NCBI GenBank assembly: GCA_039932395.1
Contig: JBDTQB010000001.1
Span: forward strand, 1-59,439
DNA: 59,439 bases
Direction of reading: 5' to 3'
From: Vicinamibacteria bacterium
GTDB lineage: Bacteria; Acidobacteriota; Vicinamibacteria; Fen-336; JAGNNV01
Positions within the stretch are counted from its first letter, which is position 1; the number at the start of each line of letters is the position of its first letter. The position numbers and the translations under genes were made by a program. Below the pieces are notes generated by a model, which was given only the letters and a program-made list of their open reading frames with translations, did not search any database and had not been told where the DNA came from. Positions 28,562 through 39,038 of this stretch are shown piece by piece.

Positions 28562-31500
28562 GAGATCAGAGCATCAAGTCGGTCCTTGTCATTGGCTCGG
28601 GTCCCATCGTCATCGGCCAGGCGTGCGAGTTCGACTACTCGGGCACCCAGGCGATCAAGGTCCTGAAGCGCGAGGGCATCCGCGTCATCCTGGTCAACTC
28701 GAACCCCGCGACCATCATGACGGATCCCGAGTACGCGGACGCCACCTACATCGAGCCGCTGACTCCGGAATTCGTCGAGAAGATCCTGGAGAAGGAAAAG
28801 CCCGACGCGATTCTTCCCACCGTTGGTGGACAAACGGCCCTGAACCTTGCCATTGCGCTCGCCAAGCGCGGTACTTTGGATCGTCTCGGCATCCGGCTGA
28901 TCGGCGCGTCGCGTCGCGCGGTGGAAGTCGGCGAAGATCGGCAGCTCTTCAAGGAAGCGATGGCGCGTATCGGCCTTGACGTCCCGCGCAGCGCCGTGGT
29001 CAAGACGATGGAAGAGGCCCGGGCCGCGGTCAAAGTGACCGGCATCCCCGCCATCATCCGCCCTTCGTTCACCATGGGCGGTTCCGGCGGTGGCATCGCG
29101 CGCACCGATGCCGAGTTTGAAGACATCGTCACGCGCGGTCTCATGATGTCGCCCGTCCACGAGGTGTTGATCGAAGAGTCGATTCTCGGATGGAAGGAAT
29201 ACGAACTCGAGGTCATGCGCGACAAGGCCGACAACTTTGTCGTCATCTGCTCGATCGAGAACTTCGATCCGATGGGCGTCCACACCGGCGACTCCATCAC
29301 GGTCGCACCTACCCAGACTCTGTCCGATCCCGAATACCAGCGCATGCGTAACGCCGCGCGCGACATCATCCGCGAAGTCGGCGTCGAGACCGGCGGATCC
29401 AACATTCAGTTCGCCACCAATCCGAAGGATGGCCGGCTCATCGTCATCGAGATGAACCCGCGGGTTTCGCGTTCCTCCGCACTCGCGTCGAAGGCGACCG
29501 GTTTCCCGATCGCGAAGATCGCGGCGTTGCTCGCCATCGGCTACACCCTCGACGAGATCACCAACGACATCACCAAGGTGACCCCGGCGTCGTTCGAGCC
29601 GACCATCGACTACGTCGTCGTGAAGATTCCACGTTTCGCGTTTGAGAAGTTCCCGGGCGCTTCATCTACGCTTGGCACCCAGATGAAGTCGGTGGGCGAA
29701 GTCATGGCCATCGGCGGCACCTTCAAGGAAGCGTTCCAGAAGGGCTTGCGCGGTCTGGAAGTCGGCGCGAACGGCTTCTTCCTCAAAGGCATCAGCGACT
29801 GCGGTCTGACCGGGGACGCGCTTGATGCCGAGATGGCGCGGCCGAGTCCCGACCGCCTCTTTCATGTGCGCGCGGCGTTCGATCAGGGCCGCAGCATCGA
29901 GAACATCCACGCGGTGACCGCGATTGATCCGTGGTTCCTTGATCAGTTGCAGCAGATCGTTGATGCCGAGCGGGTCATCGCGCGCGAAGGTCTGCCCACG
30001 ACGCCGAAGGGGTGGTTCCAGACGAAGCAGCTTGGTTTCTCAGATGCCCGTCTGGGCGATCTGGTCGGCAAGACCGAGGCTGAGGTTCGCACCGCGCGCA
30101 AGGCGGCCGGCATCGTGCCCGTCTACAAGCGTGTCGACACCTGCGCCGCCGAGTTCGAGTCGCACACGCCGTACATGTACTCGACTTATGAGACGGAGTG
30201 CGAGGCCGATCCGACCAACAAGCGCAAGGTCATGATCCTCGGCAGTGGTCCGAACCGCATCGGCCAGGGCATCGAGTTCGATTACTGCTGCTGTCACGCG
30301 AGCTTCGCGTTCCAGGAAGAGGGCTGCGAGACCTTGATGGTCAACTGCAACCCCGAGACCGTCTCGACCGACTACGACACTTCGGATCGCCTCTACTTCG
30401 AGCCGCTGACCTTCGAAGACGTCATGAACATCGTTGAGCGGGAGAAACCGGATGGTGTCGTGATCCAGTTTGGCGGCCAGACGCCGTTGAAGCTGGCGCT
30501 GCCGTTGTTCAAGGCCGGCGTCCCCATCTGGGGAACCACGCCCGACATGATCGACCTTGCGGAGGACCGTAAGCGCTTCGCGAAGCTTCTTGACGAACTG
30601 ATGATTGCGCAGCCGGAAAGCGGCACCGCGTCGTCGATTCCCGAAGCTGCCGAAGTCGCGCGCCGCATCGGCTACCCCGTGCTGGTTCGGCCTTCGTATG
30701 TCCTTGGCGGTCGCGCCATGGCCATTGTCTATTCAGCCGACGATCTTGAGGCCTATGCCCGCGAAGCGGTGAAGGCGTCGCCGGACCATCCGATCCTGGT
30801 TGATCGATTCCTCGAAGACGCCTTTGAAGTCGATGTCGATGCTTTGGCCGATGGCGAACGCGTCATCATCGGTGGCATCCTCGAACACATCGAAGAGGCC
30901 GGCATTCATAGCGGCGACTCGGCGATGGTTCTGCCGACTTACAAGGTGAAGGCCGAACACATCACCACCATCCGCGACTACACGCGTCGTCTCGGGCTCG
31001 CACTCAACGTCCGCGGCCTGATGAACGTCCAGTACGCTATCAAGGATGACAAGGTCTACGTCATCGAAGTGAACCCACGTGCGTCGCGCACCACTCCGTT
31101 CATCAGCAAGGCCACCGGCGTTCCCATGGCCAAGGTCGCGGCGAAGATCGCGGCGGGCCGTACCCTCGAACAACTCGGCCTCATTGCCGATCTTGAAGTG
31201 CGTCGTGTCTTCGTCAAGGAATCGGTCCTGCCCTTCGTGAAGTTCCAGGGCAGCGACATCCTTCTTGGACCCGAGATGAAGTCCACCGGGGAGGTCATGG
31301 GCATCGCGCGCGGCGTGGGTGTGGCCTTCGCGAAGGCACAGGCTGCGGCGGGAACGTCGATTCCCACGAGCGGTTCGGTCTTCATCTCCGTCCACGACCG
31401 CGACAAGGCGGAAGTTCTGGAGATGGCGCGGTTCCTTCATCAGAGCGGTTTCAAGATCCTCGCCACCAGCGGGACGGCCGCTTTCTTCGACAAGGGTGGC

Positions 31501-31764
31501 GTGCCCGCGGAGAAGGTCGACAAGGTGGGCGAAGGCAAGCCCGATTGCGTCGATCTGATCCGGGGTGGTCAGATTCAACTCGTGATCAACACGCCTCTCG
31601 GCCGGAAGTCCTTCGTCGACGACGGCGCCATCCGCAAGCAGGCGACCCAACAGGGGATTCTCGCCCTCACGACTTTGACCGCAGCGGCGGCGACCGTCGA
31701 TGCAATCCGTGCGTTGCGCACCGACGGCTTCGAGGTCGAATCGCTCCAGGAGATCCTCGCCTAG
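28558..31764 (+). CDS. carB: Carbamoyl-phosphate synthase large subunit
   Basis: The GTG start overlaps the carA stop (GTGA). [47 protein letters not shown], second ATP-grasp half [19 protein letters not shown]-like C-terminus. Confidence 0.95.
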   Translation: MRDQSIKSVLVIGSGPIVIGQACEFDYSGTQAIKVLKREGIRVILVNSNPATIMTDPEYADATYIEPLTPEFVEKILEKEKPDAILPTVGGQTALNLAIALAKRGTLDRLGIRLIGASRRAVEVGEDRQLFKEAMARIGLDVPRSAVVKTMEEARAAVKVTGIPAIIRPSFTMGGSGGGIARTDAEFEDIVTRGLMMSPVHEVLIEESILGWKEYELEVMRDKADNFVVICSIENFDPMGVHTGDSITVAPTQTLSDPEYQRMRNAARDIIREVGVETGGSNIQFATNPKDGRLIVIEMNPRVSRSSALASKATGFPIAKIAALLAIGYTLDEITNDITKVTPASFEPTIDYVVVKIPRFAFEKFPGASSTLGTQMKSVGEVMAIGGTFKEAFQKGLRGLEVGANGFFLKGISDCGLTGDALDAEMARPSPDRLFHVRAAFDQGRSIENIHAVTAIDPWFLDQLQQIVDAERVIAREGLPTTPKGWFQTKQLGFSDARLGDLVGKTEAEVRTARKAAGIVPVYKRVDTCAAEFESHTPYMYSTYETECEADPTNKRKVMILGSGPNRIGQGIEFDYCCCHASFAFQEEGCETLMVNCNPETVSTDYDTSDRLYFEPLTFEDVMNIVEREKPDGVVIQFGGQTPLKLALPLFKAGVPIWGTTPDMIDLAEDRKRFAKLLDELMIAQPESGTASSIPEAAEVARRIGYPVLVRPSYVLGGRAMAIVYSADDLEAYAREAVKASPDHPILVDRFLEDAFEVDVDALADGERVIIGGILEHIEEAGIHSGDSAMVLPTYKVKAEHITTIRDYTRRLGLALNVRGLMNVQYAIKDDKVYVIEVNPRASRTTPFISKATGVPMAKVAAKIAAGRTLEQLGLIADLEVRRVFVKESVLPFVKFQGSDILLGPEMKSTGEVMGIARGVGVAFAKAQAAAGTSIPTSGSVFISVHDRDKAEVLEMARFLHQSGFKILATSGTAAFFDKGGVPAEKVDKVGEGKPDCVDLIRGGQIQLVINTPLGRKSFVDDGAIRKQATQQGILALTTLTAAAATVDAIRALRTDGFEVESLQEILA

Positions 31765-32546
31765 TGACTTCGGCCTCGGCGAGAAAGCCGTTGGTGCTCG
31801 CCTTGTCAGGCGGCGGAGCGCACGCCGCGTCGCACGCAGGCGTCATCCAGGAGCTGGTGGCGCACGGCGTGGTTCCGACCGGATACGCCGGAGTGTCAGG
31901 AGGAGCGCTGGTCGCGGGGGCGTACCTCGGCGGGGCCAGCATGGAAGCTCTCGTTCGGGAGGCGTCGCAGCTCCATCCCTGGTTCTGGGTGCGCGGCTGG
32001 GGTGGCGGCCTTCTTTCGGGCACCAAGCTTGGAATCCTGATCGATGAGTTCCTGCCTAAGGAGATGTTCGAGGACCTCTCGGCGCCTCTCGCGGTTCTCG
32101 CGACCGACATGGAGTCCGGACAGGGGGTTGTCTTCAAGTCGGGCAGCGTCCGTGATGCGGTGCGCGCTTCGTGCAGCTTCCCCGGCATCTTTCCTCCCTT
32201 CATCCATGAAGGCCGCAGGCTCTACGACGGCGGCGTCACCGACGTTGTTCCCGTGAAGCTTGCTCGCGAACTCGCGGGAGACGAAGGCATTGTCATCGCG
32301 GTAGACGTGAACGGCGGAACGCGCTGGCCCGCGGCCGAATCGTTCGTCGCGATCGCCCTTCGCGCCGGGCTCACGCTTCTGCGCTCGCGCACCCGCGTCG
32401 AGTTGTCCGGTGCTGACCTCGTGATCGCGCCGGCCATGGGCGACTCCGGCTGGATGCAGCCGCGCAAAATTCCATCGTTCTATGAGGCGGGCCGAGAAGC
32501 CGCCCGCACGGCCCTTCCGGAGATCGTGCGCCTGATCGAGTCCTGA
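31764..32546 (+). CDS. Patatin-like phospholipase
   Basis: The GTG shares a G with the carB TAG stop. LALSGGGAHAASHAGV (oxyanion GGG), GVSGGA (GxSxG) and YDGGV (catalytic Asp motif DGG). Confidence 0.8.
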   Translation: MTSASARKPLVLALSGGGAHAASHAGVIQELVAHGVVPTGYAGVSGGALVAGAYLGGASMEALVREASQLHPWFWVRGWGGGLLSGTKLGILIDEFLPKEMFEDLSAPLAVLATDMESGQGVVFKSGSVRDAVRASCSFPGIFPPFIHEGRRLYDGGVTDVVPVKLARELAGDEGIVIAVDVNGGTRWPAAESFVAIALRAGLTLLRSRTRVELSGADLVIAPAMGDSGWMQPRKIPSFYEAGREAARTALPEIVRLIES

Positions 32547-32551
32547 TCCGC

Positions 32552-33472
32552 TTGGGTAAGTTTCTCCGCCGGGCCGCTGTCGTCGCGGTTCTCCTTGTTG
32601 TGTTCCTGGCGGCGTTTGGTCGCGAGAAGGCCGCTCCCACGGGAAAGTGGTTGAGTCGCGCCAATCTTCAGGCGCAGACGCTTCACGTCGGCCGCTTCGA
32701 CATCCGCTACGTCCGCAAAGGATCCGGCCCCACCGTGATCCTGATTCACGGTCTCGCTTCGTCGATCTACACATGGTCGGACGTCATCAATCTGCTCGCC
32801 GAGAAATTTGATGTCGTGGCGTTTGACCTTCCGGGTTTTGGCGAGTCGTCACAGCCGCCCGACCTCGCCTTCGCCGATTACATCCCGACGGTTCTCGGCG
32901 TGATGAAGGCACTTGATATCGAGAAGGCGCACTTCGTCGGCAACAGCATGGGCGGAGCCATCTCCCTTCTCATGGCCGCGCGGGAGGCGGCGCGCGTGGA
33001 TCGCGTGGTGGTGCTGGACGCCGCCGGCTTCAACCTCGGGCCGGGCGAACGGCCTTTCGCGGTGAGGCTGCTGGGCTCAAGAGCGGCGGGGCTTCTCGCG
33101 GAGAATCTGCCGGTGCGCAGGATGCTGACGAAGGCGACGTTGAGGCATCTCATTCATGACGAGACACGGGTGACCGACGAACGCGTGAACGAATACCTCG
33201 CGCCCATCCTGCGTCAGGGCGCCATGGAATCCGCGCGTTCGCTTCTCGTCTCCCGCCTCGATGAGAACTTCGCTGAAGACCTGCCGAAGATTCAGGCGAA
33301 GACGCTGATCCTCTGGGGACGCTTCGATCCCTGGCTTCCCGAAGCGCATGCGGATCGTTTTGTGACCTCGATCAAGGGGGCGCGCAAGGTGATGCTGGAG
33401 ACCGGTCACATGCCCCAGGAAGAACTGCCGGCCGACGTGGCCCGGATCATTGGGGAGTTTCTGTTGTCATGA
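32552..33472 (+). CDS. Alpha/beta-fold hydrolase
   Basis: TTG start. ILIHGLASS, FVGNSMGG (nucleophile elbow), ETGHMPQEE. Confidence 0.75.
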   Translation: MGKFLRRAAVVAVLLVVFLAAFGREKAAPTGKWLSRANLQAQTLHVGRFDIRYVRKGSGPTVILIHGLASSIYTWSDVINLLAEKFDVVAFDLPGFGESSQPPDLAFADYIPTVLGVMKALDIEKAHFVGNSMGGAISLLMAAREAARVDRVVVLDAAGFNLGPGERPFAVRLLGSRAAGLLAENLPVRRMLTKATLRHLIHDETRVTDERVNEYLAPILRQGAMESARSLLVSRLDENFAEDLPKIQAKTLILWGRFDPWLPEAHADRFVTSIKGARKVMLETGHMPQEELPADVARIIGEFLLS

Positions 33473-35703
33473 AGCTGCGGTCCTTCGGCAGGCTGGCCCT
33501 CAGCGTCGCCGCGATGTTGGCGATTGGCTGCCGTGGCAAGGAAGAAGGCGTTGACCTGAGCATCTACGCGGCCAGGCTCGTTGACGGCAAAGTGGTGGGG
33601 GAAGGCAAGGCCTTCGTCGCCGACGTCCAGGGTCGCATGATCTACATCGACGACATCGGTCTGCGTGTTCTTCCCGCGTCTCCGCCTTCGAAGATCGTGC
33701 TCAAGACCGACATCCCGCGCGGTGGCATCCTGAACGTCGCGGCCGGCATCCCCGACGATCGTCAGCAGAAAGGCGCCGTGGAGTTCGTGATCAGCGTGAT
33801 GGAGAACGGCAAGAGCCAGACCGTTCTGTCCCGTGTGGTTGATCCGATTTCCAGATCGGAGGACCGCTTCTTCGTGAACCTGAAAGCCGACCTCTCGAAG
33901 TTCGCCGGCAAGGATCGGGAACTCGTGCTCGAAACACGGGCCTTCGAAAAAGACGGCGATCTGTTCCGCGCCTACTGGGGCGCGCCCGCTCTTTCGGTCG
34001 ATGCGAAGACGCCCGTCAAGAAGAATCCGCTGGTCATCGTGTATCTCGTTGATACGCTGCGGGCGGATCACACGACACCCTACGGCTACGACAAGAAGAC
34101 GACGCCTGAGCTTGGCAAATTCGCCTCCGACGCGGTGGTGTTCGAGCACGCGATCGCGCACGCGTCCTGGACCAAGCCCTCCGTCGCGTCGTTGATGACG
34201 TCACGGCTGCCTTCGCGTCACCACGCGGTTCAGTTGCGCGACCCGCTGGATTCCGGTCAGGTCACCCTGGCGGAGATGCTTGACGCGCGCGGCTTCGGCA
34301 CGGGCGCCGTGATCGCGAACTCCGTCATCTACGCGGCCGACTCCAACTTCCAGCAGGGATTCGACGTCTTTGAAGGACTCCATGGCGACGAGGGCCGCCG
34401 CTCCAAGATGGTCGACACGAAGATGGTTGTTGATCGCGCTCTCAACTTCATCGACACCCGCCGCGGACTTCCCACGTTTCTCTACGTCCATACGATGGAC
34501 CCGCACGTTCCGTACTCGCCTCCCGCGCCCTTTGACACGATGTTCATGCCGAATCCTTCGCCGGGTCATCCGGGAACGGATCCGCGCTACGACTTCCACG
34601 AGCCGCAGGATCGTGACCGGTTGATCGCCCAATACGACGGCGACATCGCCTATGGCGATCAGCAGTTCGGCCGCTTCATCGATGAGTTGAAGAAGCGCGG
34701 CGTCTACGACGACGCCTTGATTTTCTTCCTCGGCGACCATGGCGAAGAGTTCCAGGATCACGGCGGTTGGCTGCACGGTCGTTCCGTCTTCGATGAGCTG
34801 ATTCATGTTCCGCTGGTGGTGAAGTTCGCGGGCGGTCAGGGCAAGGCATCAAGAGTCGCGCAGCAGGTGGCGCTTTCCGACGTGCTCCCGACGATTCTTG
34901 AAGCGCTGGACATGCCCGTGCCGGACCCGCCCGCGATCATCGGTCGCCCACTGCAGGGCGTGGCTTTCGGAAAGGCGCCGGAACAGACGGTCGTCTCAGA
35001 GATTTCCCACCGCGGTTTCGTCTCATCCGGGATTCGCACGGGGACGTCGAAGTACATCCGCCGCTTCGAGCCGCAGACCGACGAGCTTTTCTTTGACTTG
35101 ACCAAGGATCCGAAGGAAGAACACAACCTCATCGATCAGAAGCCTGAGGGCCTGAGGCGCCTGCGTTCCGCGGTCGAGGCGACCATGCAGGTCACTCCGT
35201 ATCGCTACGCCCTCCGTGCTTTGACTGTTGAGCCGCAGACCCTTTTCATCGAAACGCCAGGATGGATCGAAGGCGTGGAAACCGCCGGGCTCGGAATCAG
35301 CGAAAAGGCCGAGATCAAGAATGACGGCAAGCTGCTCCAGATCACCTTGTCGCCGAAGCCTGGAAGTCCGCGTGATGTGTTCTTCCGCGTGAGGCCGATC
35401 GGCGTGCCTGTTGCGATCCGCGGAGAGATCGGCACGCGAGACCTGGGCGTGGCCGACGTGTTTGTCGGAGAAAAGGGATGGCATCCGAAGGCGCTCCCGT
35501 TTGCGCTGCCGGGACTTGATGCCGACAGTCTGGAAGGACTGTTCAAACCGGGCGAGTCAAAAGTCGGCGTTGTTATTTATCTCGATCAGCCTTCGGGCCG
35601 GGTCGTGCAGGGCATCGACAAGGACTGCGCGCGCATCGAGGAGATGTGCGCCCTCGGCTATCTCGCGGGTGATGCGTGCAAGCAGAAGTGCGTGACCAAG
35701 TGA
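33469..35703 (+). CDS. Sulfatase-like (alkaline-phosphatase superfamily) hydrolase/transferase, probable lipoprotein
   Basis: ATGA overlap with the previous gene. Lipobox LAIGC. IVYLVDTLRADH, HASWTKPSVASLMT, YVHTMDPHVPY, FLGDHGEEF. Confidence 0.75.
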   Translation: MKLRSFGRLALSVAAMLAIGCRGKEEGVDLSIYAARLVDGKVVGEGKAFVADVQGRMIYIDDIGLRVLPASPPSKIVLKTDIPRGGILNVAAGIPDDRQQKGAVEFVISVMENGKSQTVLSRVVDPISRSEDRFFVNLKADLSKFAGKDRELVLETRAFEKDGDLFRAYWGAPALSVDAKTPVKKNPLVIVYLVDTLRADHTTPYGYDKKTTPELGKFASDAVVFEHAIAHASWTKPSVASLMTSRLPSRHHAVQLRDPLDSGQVTLAEMLDARGFGTGAVIANSVIYAADSNFQQGFDVFEGLHGDEGRRSKMVDTKMVVDRALNFIDTRRGLPTFLYVHTMDPHVPYSPPAPFDTMFMPNPSPGHPGTDPRYDFHEPQDRDRLIAQYDGDIAYGDQQFGRFIDELKKRGVYDDALIFFLGDHGEEFQDHGGWLHGRSVFDELIHVPLVVKFAGGQGKASRVAQQVALSDVLPTILEALDMPVPDPPAIIGRPLQGVAFGKAPEQTVVSEISHRGFVSSGIRTGTSKYIRRFEPQTDELFFDLTKDPKEEHNLIDQKPEGLRRLRSAVEATMQVTPYRYALRALTVEPQTLFIETPGWIEGVETAGLGISEKAEIKNDGKLLQITLSPKPGSPRDVFFRVRPIGVPVAIRGEIGTRDLGVADVFVGEKGWHPKALPFALPGLDADSLEGLFKPGESKVGVVIYLDQPSGRVVQGIDKDCARIEEMCALGYLAGDACKQKCVTK

Positions 35704-36371
35704 CCGGCCGCCCCCAGGGCGCTCCCGAACTGGTGGTCTTCGATCTCGATGGAACCCTGATCGACTCGATCGGCGACATCGCATCCTCGGCGAACCAAGC
35801 GCTGGCCGAGGCTTACGGCGATCCGGCTCGTTTGCCTCAGGACATGGTTCGCAGCTTCGTTGGAAGTGGCGCGCGCCATCTGATGGAACGCTGCGTGGCG
35901 GCCGCCGGACAATCGCGAGACGACGTGCCGAGGGTGTTCGATCGATTCCTCGAAATCTATCGAAGCCGTCTGACGGAAACCACGCGCCTTTATTCCGGGA
36001 TGGACGAGACGCTCATCACCTTGGGCGCATCGGCCCGACTCGCCATCCTCACGAACAAACCGGGTGAAATGAGCCGGAGGATCGTCAAGGATCTTGGACT
36101 GACGAGTCGCTTCCTGGCCGTCATCGGGGGCGACGACCTCAAGACGAAGAAACCGGATCCTGAGGGTCTGCTGAAGATCGCCGCGGATGCGGGTGTTTCC
36201 ATCAAGCGGGTCGCGATGGTGGGCGATTCCGCGGTTGATATGCAGACCGCGCGTCACGCGGGCGCCCTCAGCGTCGCGGTTCTGTGGGGCTATGACGTCG
36301 AAGGCGCCCGCCTCAGCGAACCCGATGTGGTTGTAGCGAGTCCCGGTGAACTCGCTTCCGCTCTGGCTTAG
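35700..36371 (+). CDS. HAD-superfamily phosphatase (phosphoglycolate phosphatase-like)
   Basis: GTGA overlap with the previous gene. VVFDLDGTLIDS (motif I), LAILTNK (II), KKPDPEG, MVGDSAVDMQ (III/IV). Confidence 0.8.
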   Translation: MTGRPQGAPELVVFDLDGTLIDSIGDIASSANQALAEAYGDPARLPQDMVRSFVGSGARHLMERCVAAAGQSRDDVPRVFDRFLEIYRSRLTETTRLYSGMDETLITLGASARLAILTNKPGEMSRRIVKDLGLTSRFLAVIGGDDLKTKKPDPEGLLKIAADAGVSIKRVAMVGDSAVDMQTARHAGALSVAVLWGYDVEGARLSEPDVVVASPGELASALA

Positions 36372-37021
36372 CTATACAGAACGCGGTAGTTCTCGGCTGA
36401 ACCGCCGACGGACGCGTCGATTCGTTCCATCGTCAATCCCTTTAACTCACCGGCCGACTCCACTGCCGCCCGGGTCAGAAGGATCTCGCCGGACTTGGCG
36501 GTGTCTTCCCCCAGTTTGCTCGCGGCATTGACCTCGCGGCCAAAGACATCAAGGTCGCCGATGCGCAGCATCTCGCCATAACCGATGCCCACGCAGAGCA
36601 AAACCTCGGTCTCGGGCGGTCGCTTCTGATTGAAGACCTCCAGCGCCTTCTGCATTTCCACCGCGCATCGCACTGCGGATTCCGCCCGCCGGAAAATGAT
36701 GAGGAGCGAGTCGGCCTCCACCTTGATCAGAATGCCGTCGTATTTCTGGATCACGGGCGAGAGCAGCTTCTTGTGTTCATGGATGATCTGCAGGAAGTGG
36801 AGGATTCCGAACTTCTCCACCTGCCTCGAAAACCCCGAGAGATCAGTGAACATCACGGCCCAGGTCTCTCCGAAGAGATCCCAGATGCGGCGGTCCAGCG
36901 CCTTCAGATCGACTCCCGGATCGGCTCGCTCGGCGATGAGATCCCACAGCCGATCTTCGCTGCTTTTCAGGAGTTGGTCTTGCACCGCAATGAAGACTAC
37001 TCTTGTCTTCGGACGAGCCAC
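36368..37021 (-). CDS. Class III adenylate/guanylate cyclase domain protein
   Basis: VMFTDLSGFS, GILIKVEADSLLIIF, VGIGYGE, DVFGREVNAASKL. The start is uncertain. GTG 37021 is preferred, because ATG 37099 would overlap the start of the divergent gene at a shared CATG. Confidence 0.75.
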   Translation of the reverse strand: MARPKTRVVFIAVQDQLLKSSEDRLWDLIAERADPGVDLKALDRRIWDLFGETWAVMFTDLSGFSRQVEKFGILHFLQIIHEHKKLLSPVIQKYDGILIKVEADSLLIIFRRAESAVRCAVEMQKALEVFNQKRPPETEVLLCVGIGYGEMLRIGDLDVFGREVNAASKLGEDTAKSGEILLTRAAVESAGELKGLTMERIDASVGGSAENYRVLYS

Positions 37022-37097
37022 AATCCACCGGTTTCCGCGGGGGAGGCGCGCTCCGCGCCCTTGGGGCTGTGTGCTACGCTCGCACGGCCCATATTCC

Positions 37098-39038
37098 ATG
37101 AATACGTATGTTTTCGGCGATCCGCGGGCTCTTTTCACAGAGCCTCCGACCCGTGTGTCGCGAGTGAGCGATGAGCCTCATCTGTATCGGCTTTTGGGTG
37201 ACCGTGACGCGCTGATCGTCGCGGAAGCTCAACTCGTCCTCAAGCACGCCGGGTTTCTTGCCGCGGCCCTCGTCTCGTGCCCCGCGGCCATGATCGTGGT
37301 GGGCAGTGCCGAGCAGGTCACTCCGACCCTCGAAGCCATTCCGGCCCTGCCGGCCGTGCTGGTCGGACCCATCTCACCCCTGGCGCTTGAACGTGCATCG
37401 CAGTTTGCCCAGGAACTCGCCGGACGGAAGATCGCGGTGTCGTCGCTGCAGGGTGAGCTCGCTCGTCGCAACGGCGAACTCTCTGAACTCAATAAGATCG
37501 GCGCCGCCCTTTCCGCCGAACGCGACATCAATCGCCTGCTCACCTTGATTCTCGACAAGTCCCGTCAGATCACGGCGGCCGACGCAGGCAGTCTCTATCT
37601 CGTGGTGCACGGGGACGATCCCGGCCAGCCCGATACCCTCAAGTTTGCCCTCGCGAAGAACGATTCCGTCCAGATCGCCTTCCAGGAATCGCGCATGCCG
37701 CTCGATCAGACGTCAATTGCGGGGTACGTCGCGGTCAAGGGCGCTGCGGTCAATGTGGCCGACGCTTACGAACTTCCGTCGGGCACGCCCTACAGCATCT
37801 CGAAGTCCTTCGACGTGAAGTCCGGCTACCGCACGAAGTCGATGCTGGTCGTGCCCATGCGTGACCACCAGGGCAACATCATCGGTGTCATTCAGCTCAT
37901 CAACAAGAAAACGGATCCTGCGGCCATCCTCCGGCCGAGCTCGCTCGTCGAGAGGCTGGTGGTCTCCTTCGATCAGCTCGACCTCGATCTGGTGATGTCC
38001 CTCGCCTCTCAAGCGGCGGTGGCTCTGGTCAACACGCGGCTGATCGAGGACATCAAGGCGCTCTTCGGATCGTTCGTCAAAGCTTCGGTGACCGCGATTG
38101 AAAGCCGGGATCCCACCACCTCCGGTCATTCAGAGCGGGTCGCTGAATTGACCATGGGACTGGCGCAGAAAGTGGATGGCGCGTCCGCTGGAATCTACGC
38201 TCCCGTGCGTTTCACCGGCGACCAGATTCAGGAGATTAAGTTCGCGAGCCTGCTTCACGATTTCGGAAAAGTCGGCGTGCGCGAGAAGGTGCTGGTCAAG
38301 GCGAAGAAGCTTTACTTCGGTGAGATGCTGGCGCTCAAGCAGCGTTTCGGCGTGATCAAGCGGACGGTGGAAGCCGAATACCTGCGCGCCAAAGTCGCCG
38401 CCATGGAAGCGGGGGCCGGCCGCGACGCCCTGCTGGCGCTCGATGTCGCGCACCTGGAGCGGCAGGGGGAGATCGATCATTCAATCGAGCTGATCGCGCG
38501 CTCCAACGAGCCGTCGCTCTTAGACGGCGAAACCGCCGAAGCGTTGAAGGCGCTTCCGGGACAGAGCTACCTCGATGTGGATGGCGTCCATCGCCCGTAC
38601 ATCACTTCGAACGAACTCGAATCTCTATCGATCCGCCGCGGCTCTTTGTCCGATCAGGAGCGGGTGGAGATCGAAAGTCACGTGACCCACACGTTCACGT
38701 TTCTGTCGCAGATTCCGTGGACGGGTGAATTCGCGCGCGTGCCGGAAATAGCGTTCGCCCACCACGAAAAATTGGACGGCACCGGCTATCCACGCCGCCT
38801 GCATGCAAGCGAGATCCCGCTGCAATCGCGCATGATGACCATTTCCGACATCTTCGACGCGCTGGTTGCCTGGGATCGGCCCTATAAGAAGGCGGTTCCC
38901 ATCGACCGGGCGCTGTCTATCCTGAGCGATGAGGCGAACGCGGGCAAGCTCGACAAGGATCTCCTTCAGGTGTTCGTCGAGGCGCGGGTCTATGAACTCA
39001 CGGCGGGTCGCGCGGCCGGAAACGCACCGGGCCGGTGA
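37098..39038 (+). CDS. GAF-domain HD-GYP phosphodiesterase
   Basis: Real start at ATG 37098 (MNTYVFGDP..). The 802-aa track ORF has a spurious N-terminus antisense to the cyclase. GAF: ITAADAGSLYLV...SMLVVPMRD..GVIQLINK. HD-GYP: HSERVAEL, LLHDFGKVGV, HHEKLDGTGYPRRL. Confidence 0.85.
   Translation: MNTYVFGDPRALFTEPPTRVSRVSDEPHLYRLLGDRDALIVAEAQLVLKHAGFLAAALVSCPAAMIVVGSAEQVTPTLEAIPALPAVLVGPISPLALERASQFAQELAGRKIAVSSLQGELARRNGELSELNKIGAALSAERDINRLLTLILDKSRQITAADAGSLYLVVHGDDPGQPDTLKFALAKNDSVQIAFQESRMPLDQTSIAGYVAVKGAAVNVADAYELPSGTPYSISKSFDVKSGYRTKSMLVVPMRDHQGNIIGVIQLINKKTDPAAILRPSSLVERLVVSFDQLDLDLVMSLASQAAVALVNTRLIEDIKALFGSFVKASVTAIESRDPTTSGHSERVAELTMGLAQKVDGASAGIYAPVRFTGDQIQEIKFASLLHDFGKVGVREKVLVKAKKLYFGEMLALKQRFGVIKRTVEAEYLRAKVAAMEAGAGRDALLALDVAHLERQGEIDHSIELIARSNEPSLLDGETAEALKALPGQSYLDVDGVHRPYITSNELESLSIRRGSLSDQERVEIESHVTHTFTFLSQIPWTGEFARVPEIAFAHHEKLDGTGYPRRLHASEIPLQSRMMTISDIFDALVAWDRPYKKAVPIDRALSILSDEANAGKLDKDLLQVFVEARVYELTAGRAAGNAPGR

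Noticed and set aside
36630-37097. N-terminal 156 residues of the 802-aa track ORF (36630..39038)
   Set aside because: This part is antisense to the cyclase gene and has no domain content. The GAF-HD-GYP protein begins sensibly at ATG 37098.
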